From an uncultured Acidobacteriaceae bacterium (GTDB lineage: Bacteria; Acidobacteriota; Terriglobia; Terriglobales; Acidobacteriaceae): a stretch of 64,000 nt of DNA. The stretch lies in the NCBI GenBank assembly GCA_963728805.1, contig CAVSLE010000002.1:485-64484 (forward strand), in the 5' to 3' direction. Below the pieces are notes generated by a model that did no database searches, had not been told where the DNA came from, and saw only the letters and a program-made list of their open reading frames with translations. Every line of letters starts with the position of its first letter. The stretch's first letter is position 1. This document shows positions 35,113-46,851 of the stretch, in pieces. The position numbers and the translations under genes are program-made.

Positions 35113-37827
35113 ATGCGGAACTGCCAATCATGCGGCTCGGAGGTGGCGCGGTCTGCCGCCTTCTGCGCTACATGCGGAACACCGATCTCTGACGACACGG
35201 CCCGCACCTACAGCGCCGACACTCCCACCCTGGAGTCCGCGGTCAGCCCGCCCAGCCCGCGAAAGCCTGCATCGCGGCCGTCATCTCATTCCTTTCGTAA
35301 AGAGGGCCGCTTTCCGCCGGGTATTCTGGTCGCGGAGCGCTATCGCATCATCGCGCTGCTGGGCAAAGGCGGCATGGGCGAGGTGTACCGTGCTGACGAT
35401 CTCAGCCTCGGCCAGCAGGTCGCGCTCAAGTTCCTGCCGGAGTTTTCCCGGAGTGAAGACACCCTGGAGCGCTTCCGCCACGAAGTCCGCATTGCCCGCC
35501 GCATCTCGCATCCCAACGTTTGTCGTGTGTTCGACATCGGCGAGACTGACGATCTGATCTTTTTCACCATGGAATACATCGATGGAGAAGACCTGGCGTC
35601 GCTGCTTCGCCGCATCGGACGTTTGCCCGGCGACAAGGCCGCAGAAATTGCCCGCAAGATCTGCGCGGGAGTTGCCGCCGCCCACGATAAGGGTGTGCTT
35701 CACCGCGATTTGAAGCCCGCCAACGTGATGCTCGATGGCCGCGGTGAAGTCCTCATCACCGACTTCGGCCTGGCCGGCGTGGCCCACGAGATCGAAGACG
35801 TGCGCAGCGGCACACCGGCGTATATGGCCCCCGAACAGTTGGCCGGAGAAGAAGTCACTGTCAAGAGCGACATCTACTCTCTTGGTCTGCTGCTTTACGA
35901 ATTGTTTACCGGCAAGGCTGCGTTCGATGGGCGAACGCTGGAGGAGATTGTTCGGGTTCGTCGCGACAGCACTCCCAGCCGGCCCTCTTCGCTGGTCAAA
36001 GATCTTGATCCGGCCGCAGAGCATGTAATTCTGCAATGTCTTGAAACCGATCCCGAGGCGAGGCCGGCTTCTGCACTAGCTGTGGCCGCCGCGCTGCCGG
36101 GCGGAGATCCCTTGGCGGCTGCGCTGGCCGCGGGCCAGACCCCATCCCCTCAAATGGTAGCTGCTGCGGGTGAGACAACTGGACTGAAACTTCCGGTTGC
36201 GCTGGGATGGCTGGGCGTCGCCATCGTGGGACTGATTGCGTTTTATCTGATTTCGGCGAAGACCAGCGGCATCGAGAAAATGAATGTTCCGTATTCGGCG
36301 GAGATCCTGCACCAGAAGGCCCGCGACCTGGTGCAACAACTGGGGCACACCTCGCCTCCAGCGGACAGCGCCGAAGGATTTCTTTACAACGACGCCTACC
36401 TCGACTATCTGCACGACAATCCGAAACTGCGTACGAGTTGGGACGCCGCCTTGCGGGGCCGGCCACCGGCGCTGATCTACTGGCTGCGCGAAACTCCATC
36501 GCCAATGGTGGCAACAGAGATAAAAGACTCCTCGCTGACTCCTGGCATCGTGGACCTCAATGACCCGCCACCTATTCTGTCTGGCATGCGACAGATTTCT
36601 CTCGACTCCGAGGGCCGACTGTATCACCTGGAAGTGATTCCATCTCAGAAGGACACCAGCACTGGGCCGTTTGCGCCGTTCGATTGGAATGTGCTGTTCC
36701 GCTCCGCCGGTTTGGACCAGGCGCAGTTCCAGCCCGCGACCTCGACTTGGAATTCGCTGGCCGCCTCCGACGCACGCGCTGCATGGACGGGTACATGGCC
36801 CGGTACCAGCTATCCCTTGCGCATCGAAGCAGCGTCGTATCGTGGCAAGCCGGTTTACTTTGATCTGATTGGCGACTGGACTGAACCGAACCGCACGCCC
36901 AGCTCCGATGAGTCATTCGGCAAGAAAGTGTGGACCGCGGTCTTGGCCCTGCTGGCTGCGTGTTTGCTGTTGGCCGCAGTGCTGATCGCGTGGCGCAATT
37001 GCGTCCATGAGAAGGCGGATGTTCAGGGAGCGCGGCGGCTGGGCATCGTAATTTTCTCACTCCAGATGCTGCTCTGGCTCTTCAAGGCGCATCTTGTGCT
37101 GGCGGTCTCGTCGCTATGGCTGTTCGTGCTGGCCGCCAGTTCATCTCTGTTCACTGCCGCTGTTGTCTCAGCGCTGTATCTGGCCATTGAGCCCTACGTC
37201 AGGCGGCGCTGGCCGCACGCCATCATCTCCTGGAGCCGGCTCATGGCGGGGAAGGTCCGCGATCCCCTAGTCGGCAGAGACATCCTCTACGGAGTGCTTC
37301 TGGGCATGAGTTGGGGATTCATCTTCTCAGTCTTCCATTTGTTGCGCCTGCGAGCAGGCGATGCGCCGGCATTCGGGGCCACCGATTATCTGTTGGGGGC
37401 GCACCAGGTAATCGGATCCTGGCTGTGGCAACTGGCCACATCGGTGCAGGGAACTCTGCTGTTCTTCTTCGTGATGTTCCTGTTGCGGGTCATTCTGCGC
37501 AAGCCCTGGCTGGCTGCACTCGCCTTTGTCGCCGTTTTTACGGCGATCAAGACCGCTGACAGTCACCATATCTTGATTGACGTCTCCACCTTTGCCGCCA
37601 TCTACGCGATCGCCGCATTTATCGTGTTGCGCTTCGGATTCATCGCGCTGGCTACGGGTATGTTTACGGTTGACTCGTTGTTGAATATTCCCATCACCAC
37701 CAACTTGTCGAGCTGGTATCTGGGCGGCTCGCTGTTTGTGGTCCTGACCGTGACCGGCTTGGCGGTTTGGGGATGTTACACGTCGCTCGCCGGACAGAAG
37801 ATCTGGAAAGAGAATCTGTTCGAATAG
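35113..37827 (+). CDS. Ser/Thr protein kinase with N-terminal zinc ribbon and C-terminal polytopic membrane domain
   Basis: Zinc ribbon (CQSCGSEV...CATCG). Hanks kinase motifs (GKGGMGEVY, VALK, HRDLKPANVML, DFGLA, GTPAYMAPE). About 9 predicted TM helices in the last 300 aa. Confidence 0.85.
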   Translation: MRNCQSCGSEVARSAAFCATCGTPISDDTARTYSADTPTLESAVSPPSPRKPASRPSSHSFRKEGRFPPGILVAERYRIIALLGKGGMGEVYRADDLSLGQQVALKFLPEFSRSEDTLERFRHEVRIARRISHPNVCRVFDIGETDDLIFFTMEYIDGEDLASLLRRIGRLPGDKAAEIARKICAGVAAAHDKGVLHRDLKPANVMLDGRGEVLITDFGLAGVAHEIEDVRSGTPAYMAPEQLAGEEVTVKSDIYSLGLLLYELFTGKAAFDGRTLEEIVRVRRDSTPSRPSSLVKDLDPAAEHVILQCLETDPEARPASALAVAAALPGGDPLAAALAAGQTPSPQMVAAAGETTGLKLPVALGWLGVAIVGLIAFYLISAKTSGIEKMNVPYSAEILHQKARDLVQQLGHTSPPADSAEGFLYNDAYLDYLHDNPKLRTSWDAALRGRPPALIYWLRETPSPMVATEIKDSSLTPGIVDLNDPPPILSGMRQISLDSEGRLYHLEVIPSQKDTSTGPFAPFDWNVLFRSAGLDQAQFQPATSTWNSLAASDARAAWTGTWPGTSYPLRIEAASYRGKPVYFDLIGDWTEPNRTPSSDESFGKKVWTAVLALLAACLLLAAVLIAWRNCVHEKADVQGARRLGIVIFSLQMLLWLFKAHLVLAVSSLWLFVLAASSSLFTAAVVSALYLAIEPYVRRRWPHAIISWSRLMAGKVRDPLVGRDILYGVLLGMSWGFIFSVFHLLRLRAGDAPAFGATDYLLGAHQVIGSWLWQLATSVQGTLLFFFVMFLLRVILRKPWLAALAFVAVFTAIKTADSHHILIDVSTFAAIYAIAAFIVLRFGFIALATGMFTVDSLLNIPITTNLSSWYLGGSLFVVLTVTGLAVWGCYTSLAGQKIWKENLFE

Positions 37828-37947
37828 GCGAAGCCATGCCTGGACCAGGGATGTAAACTGAAAGGGGAGACAGCAACGACAGAGGTCCCGTCCCGCAACC
37901 TCTGCTGGGCTCTCGCGTCTATACAAGCAGGACCTGATTTTCCAAGC

Positions 37948-38985
37948 GTGCAACGACATCCCACAGTTCGGCCCATCGATGCTGACCGGCGCCAGCGCGA
38001 CGGCGGCTATCTGCTGCTGGCTATCCTGCTGATGATGGCGCTGATGGTCATTGCCGCCACCATCGAGGCTCCCCGGCTGGTGCAGCAAATAAAGCGCGAC
38101 CGCGAAGAGGAGATGATCCATCGCGGCACCGAGTATGCGCGCGCCGTCAAAAAGTATTACAAGAAGTTTGGCCGGTATCCCACAGGTCTCGAACAGTTGG
38201 ACAACACCAACCAGATTCGTTTCCTACGCAAGCGCTACAAGGACCCGCTTAGCAAAGACGGGAAGTGGACGCTGCTGCACTACGGCGATATTCAGGGGTT
38301 GATCAGTCCCAACGGGCCTGGAACGCCTGCGGCCTCGCTGGGCGCGCAAGGCGCGCAAGGCGCAACGCCGGGTGCAGCGGGTCTTGTCAACGGGCCCGGC
38401 TCGGATGGGAGTGGCGCCCCGTTTCCAGGTTTGCCCGTGGCGACTCAGCAACAATATATGCTTGGGCCCGATTCGGAAGGGGGTGGGGGCACCTTTGGCG
38501 GAACTCCTGCCCAGGGTCAGCAGTATGTGAACGGCCCGGGCTCGGACGGCAGCGCAGGCGCCTTACTGGGCGGTGGTGCGCAGCCGGGCAACAGTTTAGG
38601 GACCAGTCCGTTCGGCAATAGTGGTAACGGCAGCAGCGCTTTCGGGCAAGGCTCAGCCGGAGGCAATCAGACGTTTGGCGGTGGCGCGATTGTCGGGGTT
38701 GCAAGCGTGAGCAAAGATCCCACCATTCGCATTTACAACAAGAAGAAGAAGTACAACGAGTGGCAGTTCATTTATGACCCGATGTCGGACCGCGCCAATG
38801 TTCTACTGCGCGGCCCCTACCAGCCGCTCACTATAGGCGGCGCGCAGGTGGGAACTCCAGCCGGGCAGATGAACGGTCAGCAGCAGAGCCCATTCGGACA
38901 ACAACCGGGCAACACTCCACAGACTCCAGGAAAAATCGGCGGTGGCGATATGTTTCCGCCCGATCAGAACCAGTCGCCACACTAA
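37948..38985 (+). CDS. GspG-like pseudopilin-type protein with long Gly/Gln/Pro/Ser-rich tail
   Basis: N-terminal hydrophobic helix after Gly (GGYLLLAILLMMALMVIAA), then YYKKFGRYPTGLEQL...RFLRKRYKDP, resembling the GspG core. The last ~220 aa are low complexity. GTG start. There is no Glu at +5 after the putative cleavage Gly. Confidence 0.5.
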   Translation: MQRHPTVRPIDADRRQRDGGYLLLAILLMMALMVIAATIEAPRLVQQIKRDREEEMIHRGTEYARAVKKYYKKFGRYPTGLEQLDNTNQIRFLRKRYKDPLSKDGKWTLLHYGDIQGLISPNGPGTPAASLGAQGAQGATPGAAGLVNGPGSDGSGAPFPGLPVATQQQYMLGPDSEGGGGTFGGTPAQGQQYVNGPGSDGSAGALLGGGAQPGNSLGTSPFGNSGNGSSAFGQGSAGGNQTFGGGAIVGVASVSKDPTIRIYNKKKKYNEWQFIYDPMSDRANVLLRGPYQPLTIGGAQVGTPAGQMNGQQQSPFGQQPGNTPQTPGKIGGGDMFPPDQNQSPH

Positions 38986-39036
38986 GGCGATGGCGAGTCT
39001 ACAATCACCGCAGCCAGCCTGCGAGTGGAGCTTCCC

Positions 39037-40029
39037 ATGATAGCCGCCACCCTTACACAGCCGCAGGCTATTTCGAACCGCCCTCTTCGGATAGAGGAGG
39101 TTCCGCGCCCGGCCCTGCAGCCCGGCCACGTTCTGCTCAAGGTCCGCGCTTGCGGCGTCTGCCGTACCGACCTGCATATTGTCGAAGGAGAACTTCCTGC
39201 GCGGCGGGAGTGCCTGATTCCCGGGCATCAGATTGTCGGCGACATTGTTGAAGGCGCTACTGCGGAGCTTGCTGTCGGCACACGCGTCGGAGTTTCGTGG
39301 ATTGGCGGCATTGATGGCACCTGCTGGTATTGCCGCCGAGGCATGGAGAACCTTTGCGATGCTCCCACCTTCACCGGCTATACAGTAAATGGAGGTTATG
39401 CGGAATATGCGTTGGCGCGGGCCGACTTCGTCTTTCCACTTCCGGCAGCGCTCGACGACCTGCACGCTGCGCCCCTGCTGTGCGCGGGCATCATTGGCTT
39501 TCGCAGTTTGCGCGTTGCCGGAGTCGAACCTGGAGAACGGGTGGGATTATTCGGATTTGGCGCGTCGGCACATCTCGCGATCAAAGTGCTCCAATCCTGG
39601 AACTGTCAGGTTTACGTTTCTACGCGAGGAGCTTCGCATCGACAACTGGCACAATCATTGGGGGCGACCTGGGTGGGAGGCGAGGCCGACAAACCTCCGG
39701 TCGAACTGGACCGCGCCGTCACCTTCGCGCCCAGCGGCGACGTGGTGATCTCTGCCCTGGCAAGCTTGCGCAAGGGCGGAGTTGTCGCCATCAACGCAAT
39801 CCATCTCGACCGCATTCCCCAGTTCGACTATGACAGCCTGCTTTGGGGCGAGCGGCAGATTCGCAGTGTCACCAACATGACTCGCACCGATGCCCGCGAC
39901 TTCCTCAAGATTGCCACCGAGATCAAGCTTCATCCCAAAAGCACGCAGTTCTCGCTCCAGCAGGCCAATGAAGCTCTGCTCGCCATCAAGAACGATTCCA
40001 TCGACGGCGCAGCAGTAATCGTGCCCTGA
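39037..40029 (+). CDS. Zinc-dependent alcohol dehydrogenase (MDR family)
   Basis: Motifs CGVCRTDLH, GHQIVG, structural-zinc Cys context (CWYCRRGMENLC) and a GFGASAHL Rossmann motif. Confidence 0.85.
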   Translation: MIAATLTQPQAISNRPLRIEEVPRPALQPGHVLLKVRACGVCRTDLHIVEGELPARRECLIPGHQIVGDIVEGATAELAVGTRVGVSWIGGIDGTCWYCRRGMENLCDAPTFTGYTVNGGYAEYALARADFVFPLPAALDDLHAAPLLCAGIIGFRSLRVAGVEPGERVGLFGFGASAHLAIKVLQSWNCQVYVSTRGASHRQLAQSLGATWVGGEADKPPVELDRAVTFAPSGDVVISALASLRKGGVVAINAIHLDRIPQFDYDSLLWGERQIRSVTNMTRTDARDFLKIATEIKLHPKSTQFSLQQANEALLAIKNDSIDGAAVIVP

Positions 40030-40143
40030 GCCAGAGTCTCTTCTCATTGGGATTTTTCCGATTGTCAGGACAAGGTTTTTTCCTCATTGGTGGCAAACCG
40101 GCAAAATCCCTCTACAATCGGGAATGCGCCTGGTTGTTTCTTT

Positions 40144-42483
40144 ATGGCGACCGCAACAGGTCCGTTGCTAATCCGCAAACAGTTACGCGTGCGCGGCATC
40201 GTGCAGGGTGTCGGGTTTCGTCCATTCGTGTACAACCTGGCGCGTGACCTGGGGCTGAGCGGATACGTCTTGAATTCGTCGGCAGGTGTGACGGTCGAGA
40301 TCGAGGGCACGGATGAGTGCGTGCAGAAATTCCTCGACGCATTGCAGCACCGGCCACCGCCGTTGGCGTTGATCAAAGAAGTCAACGTGGCCGACCTCGA
40401 ACCACTTGGTGACGCTGACTTCGTCATACGGCAAAGCCATTCGGAAGCGGGCGAGTTCGTGTTGGTATCGCCCGATATGGCGACATGCGACGACTGCTGG
40501 CATGACTTTGGCGATCCGGGGAACCGTCGTTTCGCATATCCTTTTACCAACTGCACCAATTGCGGTCCGCGCTACACGATTATTCAAGACATTCCTTACG
40601 ACCGTCCGATGACAACTATGTCGTCGTTTCGCATGTGCGAGCTTTGCCAGGCGGAATACGAAGATCCGGCGAACCGCCGCTTTCACGCTCAGCCGAATGC
40701 CTGTCCAGTGTGCGGCCCGGCTTTGGCCATTGCGGAAGCGGGATCGGCGTTTCCGGACAATGCTGACTACAAACCCGCTGCATCCCCTGCAATCATCCGG
40801 AAGGCTCGCGAGCTTCTACGCGAGGGCAAAATCGTAGCAGTCAAAGGGCTCGGCGGTTTCTTGCTGGCATGCGATGCGCAGAACGATGCCAGTGTGAGGC
40901 TGTTGCGGACCCGCAAACGGCGCAGCGACAAGCCTTTCGCTTTGATGGCGCGCGATCTTGCGGCGGTCGAAAGCTTTTGCGTGGTTTCAGACGCTGAGCG
41001 CGCCGCACTGCTGAGTCCGCGACGGCCTATCGTTGTGCTGCGCCGCCGACCGGATGCCAACATCTCTCCTGCTGTCGCTCCCGGCAATAACACGATTGGC
41101 GTCATGCTGCCGTACACGCCTCTTCATTACCTGTTGTTCAGCGACTCACCAGACGACGCGCCGCAGTTCACCGCGTTGGTGATGACTAGCGGCAACATCA
41201 GCGAGGAACCCATCGTGACCTCAAATCAAGAGGCGTGGGAGGGTTTGCAGGCGGTAGCCGACTGGTTTGTATTCCACAATCGCGATATTTACATGCGCAC
41301 CGACGATTCCGTGGTGCGCATCCTCGAGGGGCATGAGCGTGTGCTGCGGCGTTCCCGCGGATACGTCCCGCATCCCGTGGACCTTGGCATCCCGCTACAT
41401 GAGATTTTGGCCTGCGGCGCCGAGTTGAAGAACACGTTTTGCCTGACCAAGGGCAGCTACGCAATCCTGAGTCAACATATTGGCGATCTGGAGAATTACG
41501 AGACGCTGGTGTTTTTCGAGGAAACGCTGTCCAACCTGAAGAAGCTGTTCCGGGTTGAACCGCGAGCGGTCGCATACGACCTGCATCCCAACTACATGAG
41601 TTCGCGCTTCGCGCTGAGAATGCCGCTGGAGCGGAAGGTCGGCGTGCAGCACCATCACGCGCATATTGCCAGTTGCATGGCGGAAAACCACCTCAGCGGC
41701 AAGGTAATAGGCGTGGCCTTCGATGGCACCGGCTACGGCACGGATGGAAAGATATGGGGCGGGGAATTTCTGGTCGCCGACTTTGCGGGATTCGAGCGGC
41801 GGGCGCATCTGCGCTACGTCCCGCTGGTCGGCGGCGACACGGCGGTGAAGCAGCCCTGGCGCATGGGACTTAGCTATCTGCGCGATGCCTTCGGCCCTGG
41901 CTCTCTGCCGTCAGGCTTGCGGTTCCTGCATCATGTCCCGGAAAAGCAAGTCGAGCTGGTGAACACGTTGCTGTTGCGCGGCACCAACAGTGTTGCGACC
42001 TCCTCCTGTGGCCGTTTGTTCGATGCCGTTGCCTCTCTCATCGGCCTGCGCCAGGAAGTCAACTTTGAAGGGCAGGCTGCGATCGAACTGGAAATGATTG
42101 CGCAATCGGATGTCGAAGAGCGGTATCCTTCTCTTGTGAGTGATGGCGAACCGGCACAACTCGACATGCGCCCCATGATCGAGAACATAGTGCAGGACCT
42201 TGCGCGCTCAAAGCCGGCCGGATACATTGCTGCGTGTTTTCATAACACTATCGCCGCTGCGATCCTGGAAGTTTGTCAAAGTATCCGAAAGCGCGATCAG
42301 TTGCAGCGCGTTTGCCTGAGCGGTGGTACCTTCCAGAATAGATATCTGCTGCGCCGCGCCGTGGGAGGCCTACAGCGCGATGGGTTCGAGGTTTATCTGC
42401 ACAGCCTGGTTCCTCCCAACGATGGAGGAATCTCTCTCGGCCAGGCGGTCATAGCGAACGAAATCTTGCGAAGAGGAGACTGA
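40144..42483 (+). CDS. hypF: [NiFe]-hydrogenase maturation carbamoyltransferase HypF
   Basis: Acylphosphatase-like N-terminus (VRGIVQGVGFRPFVY), two zinc-finger pairs (CDDCWHDF..CTNCGPRY; CELCQAEY..CPVCGP), and YrdC-like and Kae1-like domains. Confidence 0.9.
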   Translation: MATATGPLLIRKQLRVRGIVQGVGFRPFVYNLARDLGLSGYVLNSSAGVTVEIEGTDECVQKFLDALQHRPPPLALIKEVNVADLEPLGDADFVIRQSHSEAGEFVLVSPDMATCDDCWHDFGDPGNRRFAYPFTNCTNCGPRYTIIQDIPYDRPMTTMSSFRMCELCQAEYEDPANRRFHAQPNACPVCGPALAIAEAGSAFPDNADYKPAASPAIIRKARELLREGKIVAVKGLGGFLLACDAQNDASVRLLRTRKRRSDKPFALMARDLAAVESFCVVSDAERAALLSPRRPIVVLRRRPDANISPAVAPGNNTIGVMLPYTPLHYLLFSDSPDDAPQFTALVMTSGNISEEPIVTSNQEAWEGLQAVADWFVFHNRDIYMRTDDSVVRILEGHERVLRRSRGYVPHPVDLGIPLHEILACGAELKNTFCLTKGSYAILSQHIGDLENYETLVFFEETLSNLKKLFRVEPRAVAYDLHPNYMSSRFALRMPLERKVGVQHHHAHIASCMAENHLSGKVIGVAFDGTGYGTDGKIWGGEFLVADFAGFERRAHLRYVPLVGGDTAVKQPWRMGLSYLRDAFGPGSLPSGLRFLHHVPEKQVELVNTLLLRGTNSVATSSCGRLFDAVASLIGLRQEVNFEGQAAIELEMIAQSDVEERYPSLVSDGEPAQLDMRPMIENIVQDLARSKPAGYIAACFHNTIAAAILEVCQSIRKRDQLQRVCLSGGTFQNRYLLRRAVGGLQRDGFEVYLHSLVPPNDGGISLGQAVIANEILRRGD

Positions 42484-42484
42484 C

Positions 42485-42766
42485 ATGTGTCTGGCGATTC
42501 CCGGCAAGGTGGTTGAGGCGTTCGACCAGGGAGGCATGCGCATGGCCAAGGTGCAGTTTGGCGGCATCGTGCGCGAAGCCTGCCTGGAGTACGTTCCCGA
42601 GACCCAGGTCGGCGACTATGTCCTGGTCCACGTCGGCTTCGCTATCAGCCGGGTCGACGAAGAAGAGGCGCACCGCACCTATCAGCTGCTCGAAGAATTA
42701 GACCAACTGACGGAACTGAGTGCACCGGTCGTGGATGAGATCGGCGATGGGAGGCTCAAGCAATGA
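42485..42766 (+). CDS. hypC: Hydrogenase maturation chaperone HypC/HybG
   Basis: Invariant N-terminus MCLAIPGKV. 93 aa. The stop overlaps the hypD start (ATGA). Confidence 0.9.
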   Translation: MCLAIPGKVVEAFDQGGMRMAKVQFGGIVREACLEYVPETQVGDYVLVHVGFAISRVDEEEAHRTYQLLEELDQLTELSAPVVDEIGDGRLKQ

Positions 42767-43905
42767 AGTACCTGGATGAGTATCGCGATGGACGGCTTGC
42801 CGGCAAGATAGTGGAGGAGATTCACCGCATCCAGACCAAACCCTGGGTGATCATGGAGGTTTGTGGCGGGCAGACGCATTCCATCGTCAAGCATGGAATC
42901 GACTATCTGCTGCCGCAAGACATTGAGTTGGTCCATGGGCCCGGCTGCCCGGTCTGCGTGACACCTCTGGAGATGATCGACAAGGCTCACGCCATCGCCC
43001 GGCTCCCCAACGTCATCTTCTGCTCGTTTGGTGACATGCTGCGTGTCCCCGGATCGGACGGCGACCTTTTTACCATCAAGTCGCAGGGCGGCGACGTTCG
43101 CGTGGTTTACTCGCCCTTGGATTGCCTGAAGATTGCGCGTGCCAATCCCGACAAGAAGGTGGTGTTCTTCGCCATTGGTTTTGAGACCACGGCGCCGGCG
43201 AACGCCATGCTGGTATGGCAGGCCCAGCAGGAGGGCGTGAAGAACGTCTCCATGCTGGTGTCCCATGTTCTGGTGCCGCCTGCGATTGCCGCCATCCTGC
43301 AGTCTCCGCTGAACCGGGTGCAGGGATTCCTGGGACCGGGGCATGTCTGCGCGGTCATGGGATATCGGGAGTACGAACCCCTGAGCGCGCAGTTCAAGGT
43401 GCCGATCGTCATCACGGGTTTTGAGCCGCTGGACATTCTGCAGGGAATACTGATGATTGTGCAGCAGCTGGAGAGCGGGCGCGCCGTGGTGGAGAATGAA
43501 TACTCGCGCATCCTCGATCGGGAAGGGAACCAGCCGGCGCAGAGATTGGTGTGCAGTGTGTTTGAAGTCGCCGATCGCAAGTGGCGAGGCGTGGGGATGA
43601 TCCCGAAAAGCGGTTACAGATTGCGCGAGGAGTTCCGCGAACACGATGCCGAAAAGCTGTTTGACGTGAAGGCGATTGATACCCTGGAGTCCGAGGTTTG
43701 CATCAGCGGTCAAATCCTGAGCGGCATCAAGAAGCCGCACGATTGTCCGGCTTTTGGCAAGGAGTGCAATCCACAGCATCCGCTGGGCGCCACCATGGTC
43801 TCGGCCGAAGGCGCCTGCGCCGCCTATTACGCTTACGGCAGGCATCTCAGGCGAGACAAGGATGACGCCAAGCTGACGGCGATTTCCACCGGAGGAGCCG
43901 CATGA
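42763..43905 (+). CDS. hypD: Hydrogenase maturation protein HypD
   Basis: Motifs [25 protein letters not shown]. 380 aa. Confidence 0.9.
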   Translation: MKYLDEYRDGRLAGKIVEEIHRIQTKPWVIMEVCGGQTHSIVKHGIDYLLPQDIELVHGPGCPVCVTPLEMIDKAHAIARLPNVIFCSFGDMLRVPGSDGDLFTIKSQGGDVRVVYSPLDCLKIARANPDKKVVFFAIGFETTAPANAMLVWQAQQEGVKNVSMLVSHVLVPPAIAAILQSPLNRVQGFLGPGHVCAVMGYREYEPLSAQFKVPIVITGFEPLDILQGILMIVQQLESGRAVVENEYSRILDREGNQPAQRLVCSVFEVADRKWRGVGMIPKSGYRLREEFREHDAEKLFDVKAIDTLESEVCISGQILSGIKKPHDCPAFGKECNPQHPLGATMVSAEGACAAYYAYGRHLRRDKDDAKLTAISTGGAA

Positions 43906-44960
43906 CGGTATTCGGTTCTTGTCCACTGCCGATCTTTGAGCACAAGCAGATCGTGCTGGGCCACGGCAGCGGCGGCAAGCTGACGGCTGAACTGATTGAC
44001 AAGGTCTTCCGTCCGGCCTTCGCCAACCCAATTCTCGACAAGCTTGACGACCAGGCCGTGGTCCAGGTGAATGGCGCCCGCCTGGCATTTACGACGGACT
44101 CGTTCGTGGTGACGCCGATTTTCTTTCCCGGTGGTGATATTGGACGGCTGGCCATCAATGGCACGGTGAATGACCTGGCGATGAGCGGGGCGCGGCCGCT
44201 GTATCTGGCCGCGGCCTTCATTCTGGAGGAAGGCCTGGCGGCCGCTGATCTGCGCCGCGTGGTCGAATCCATGCGCGACGCGGCCAACGAGGCCGGGGTG
44301 CTGCTGGTGACCGGAGACACCAAGGTAGTCAATCGCGGCAAGGGCGACCAGGTCTTCATTACGACGACCGGGCTTGGCGTGATCGACAGGCCGGTGGAGA
44401 TTTCGGCGGATCGTGCGCGTCCGGGCGACAAGATCATTCTCAGCGGATTCATCGGCGACCACGGCATGGCCATCATGTCGCAACGGGAGAACCTGGAGTT
44501 TGAAGGTGCCATTGACAGCGACTGCGCGCCGCTGCATGGCTTGGTTAATGTAATGCTTGAAGTGATGGACGGCGACGGCATCCCGGCCATTCACTGTTTG
44601 CGCGATCCAACTCGCGGCGGTGTGGCGACCACCTTGAACGAAATTGCCGGCCGGTCGCAGGTCGGAATGCTACTGCAGGAACGCGATATTCCGGTCCGCG
44701 ATACCGTCAAAGGAGCTTGCGAAATACTCGGACTGGACCCGCTTTACGTTGCCAACGAAGGGAAGCTGGTCGCGATTGTGGCTGCGGAAGCCGCGGACGA
44801 AATCGTTCGCGGAATGCGTCAGCACCGGTATGGCGGCGAAGCTGTCGTAATCGGAGAGGTCGTTGACGATCATGCCGGCATGGTGCTGATGAAAACCGAA
44901 ATTGGCGGGACCCGCGTCCTCGATGTCATGTTCGGCGAGCAACTGCCGAGAATTTGTTAG
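43902..44960 (+). CDS. hypE: Hydrogenase maturation protein HypE
   Basis: PurM-like fold motifs and the diagnostic C-terminal PRIC. The ATG overlaps the hypD stop. Confidence 0.9.
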   Translation: MTVFGSCPLPIFEHKQIVLGHGSGGKLTAELIDKVFRPAFANPILDKLDDQAVVQVNGARLAFTTDSFVVTPIFFPGGDIGRLAINGTVNDLAMSGARPLYLAAAFILEEGLAAADLRRVVESMRDAANEAGVLLVTGDTKVVNRGKGDQVFITTTGLGVIDRPVEISADRARPGDKIILSGFIGDHGMAIMSQRENLEFEGAIDSDCAPLHGLVNVMLEVMDGDGIPAIHCLRDPTRGGVATTLNEIAGRSQVGMLLQERDIPVRDTVKGACEILGLDPLYVANEGKLVAIVAAEAADEIVRGMRQHRYGGEAVVIGEVVDDHAGMVLMKTEIGGTRVLDVMFGEQLPRIC

Positions 44961-45021
44961 CTGGTGGCAACCCTCTTGGCACGAGTGCGCGCCTGTCGCT
45001 GCTCGCCAGGAGTTCGTATAA

Positions 45022-46131
<1,110 letters not shown>

Positions 46132-46347
46132 AGCAAGAACCTTCGCAGCGCACCCTTCGGCAGGCCAGGTCACGCTCAAACGTCCGCCGCTTCCGCCTCA
46201 ATCCCCGCGAAGGAAGGTGCCAGAGCGTAAGCCCCCATCTTCCCATTTGACCGAATGGCGGCACCGCCTCGGCGGTAATCTGCTTCCAGCGGAATTATGC
46301 AGACCCACGGCTCAGCGTGCTAGCATGGGAACCCGACAGGTGCTTCC

Positions 46348-46800
46348 ATGAAGGTCAATGACGCGGTTGAATCGCTCTTAAAGCAAAAATCCAGCAATAC
46401 AGTATTGTCGGTGAGCCCGGAGCAATCCGTCTATGAGGCCATTGAAAAGATGGCTAAGGAGGGCGTCGGAGCCCTGCTGGTGTTGTTGGACGGCAAGCTC
46501 GTTGGGATCCTCTCCGAGCGTGACTATGCGCGCAAGGTCATCCTCAAAGGGCGGTCCTCGAAGGACACTCCCGTCAGGGAGATCATGACCAGTCCAGTGA
46601 TCTTTGTGACTGGTAAAAACACCGTGGATGAGTGCATGGGCATCATGACCAATCGCCGCATCCGGCATCTTCCCGTTGTCGAAGGAGGCGCTCCCGTGGG
46701 CATGGTCTCCATTGGTGACCTGGTGAAATGGATCATCTCCGGCCACGAAGAAACCATCAGGCACCTGGAAGGCTACATCACGGGAAAGTATCCAGCCTGA
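46348..46800 (+). CDS. CBS-domain pair protein
   Basis: 150 aa with two CBS repeats ([19 protein letters not shown]; [18 protein letters not shown]). Confidence 0.8.
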   Translation: MKVNDAVESLLKQKSSNTVLSVSPEQSVYEAIEKMAKEGVGALLVLLDGKLVGILSERDYARKVILKGRSSKDTPVREIMTSPVIFVTGKNTVDECMGIMTNRRIRHLPVVEGGAPVGMVSIGDLVKWIISGHEETIRHLEGYITGKYPA

Positions 46801-46851
46801 CGTCAAACCCGCATCCAAGCCGGGATTATGACAGAATGAAACTGTACCCTC

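Noticed and set aside
42682-44088. 468-aa ORF antisense to hypD/hypE
   Set aside because: It overlaps strongly supported hyp genes, has Arg/His-rich low-information composition and has no recognisable domain.
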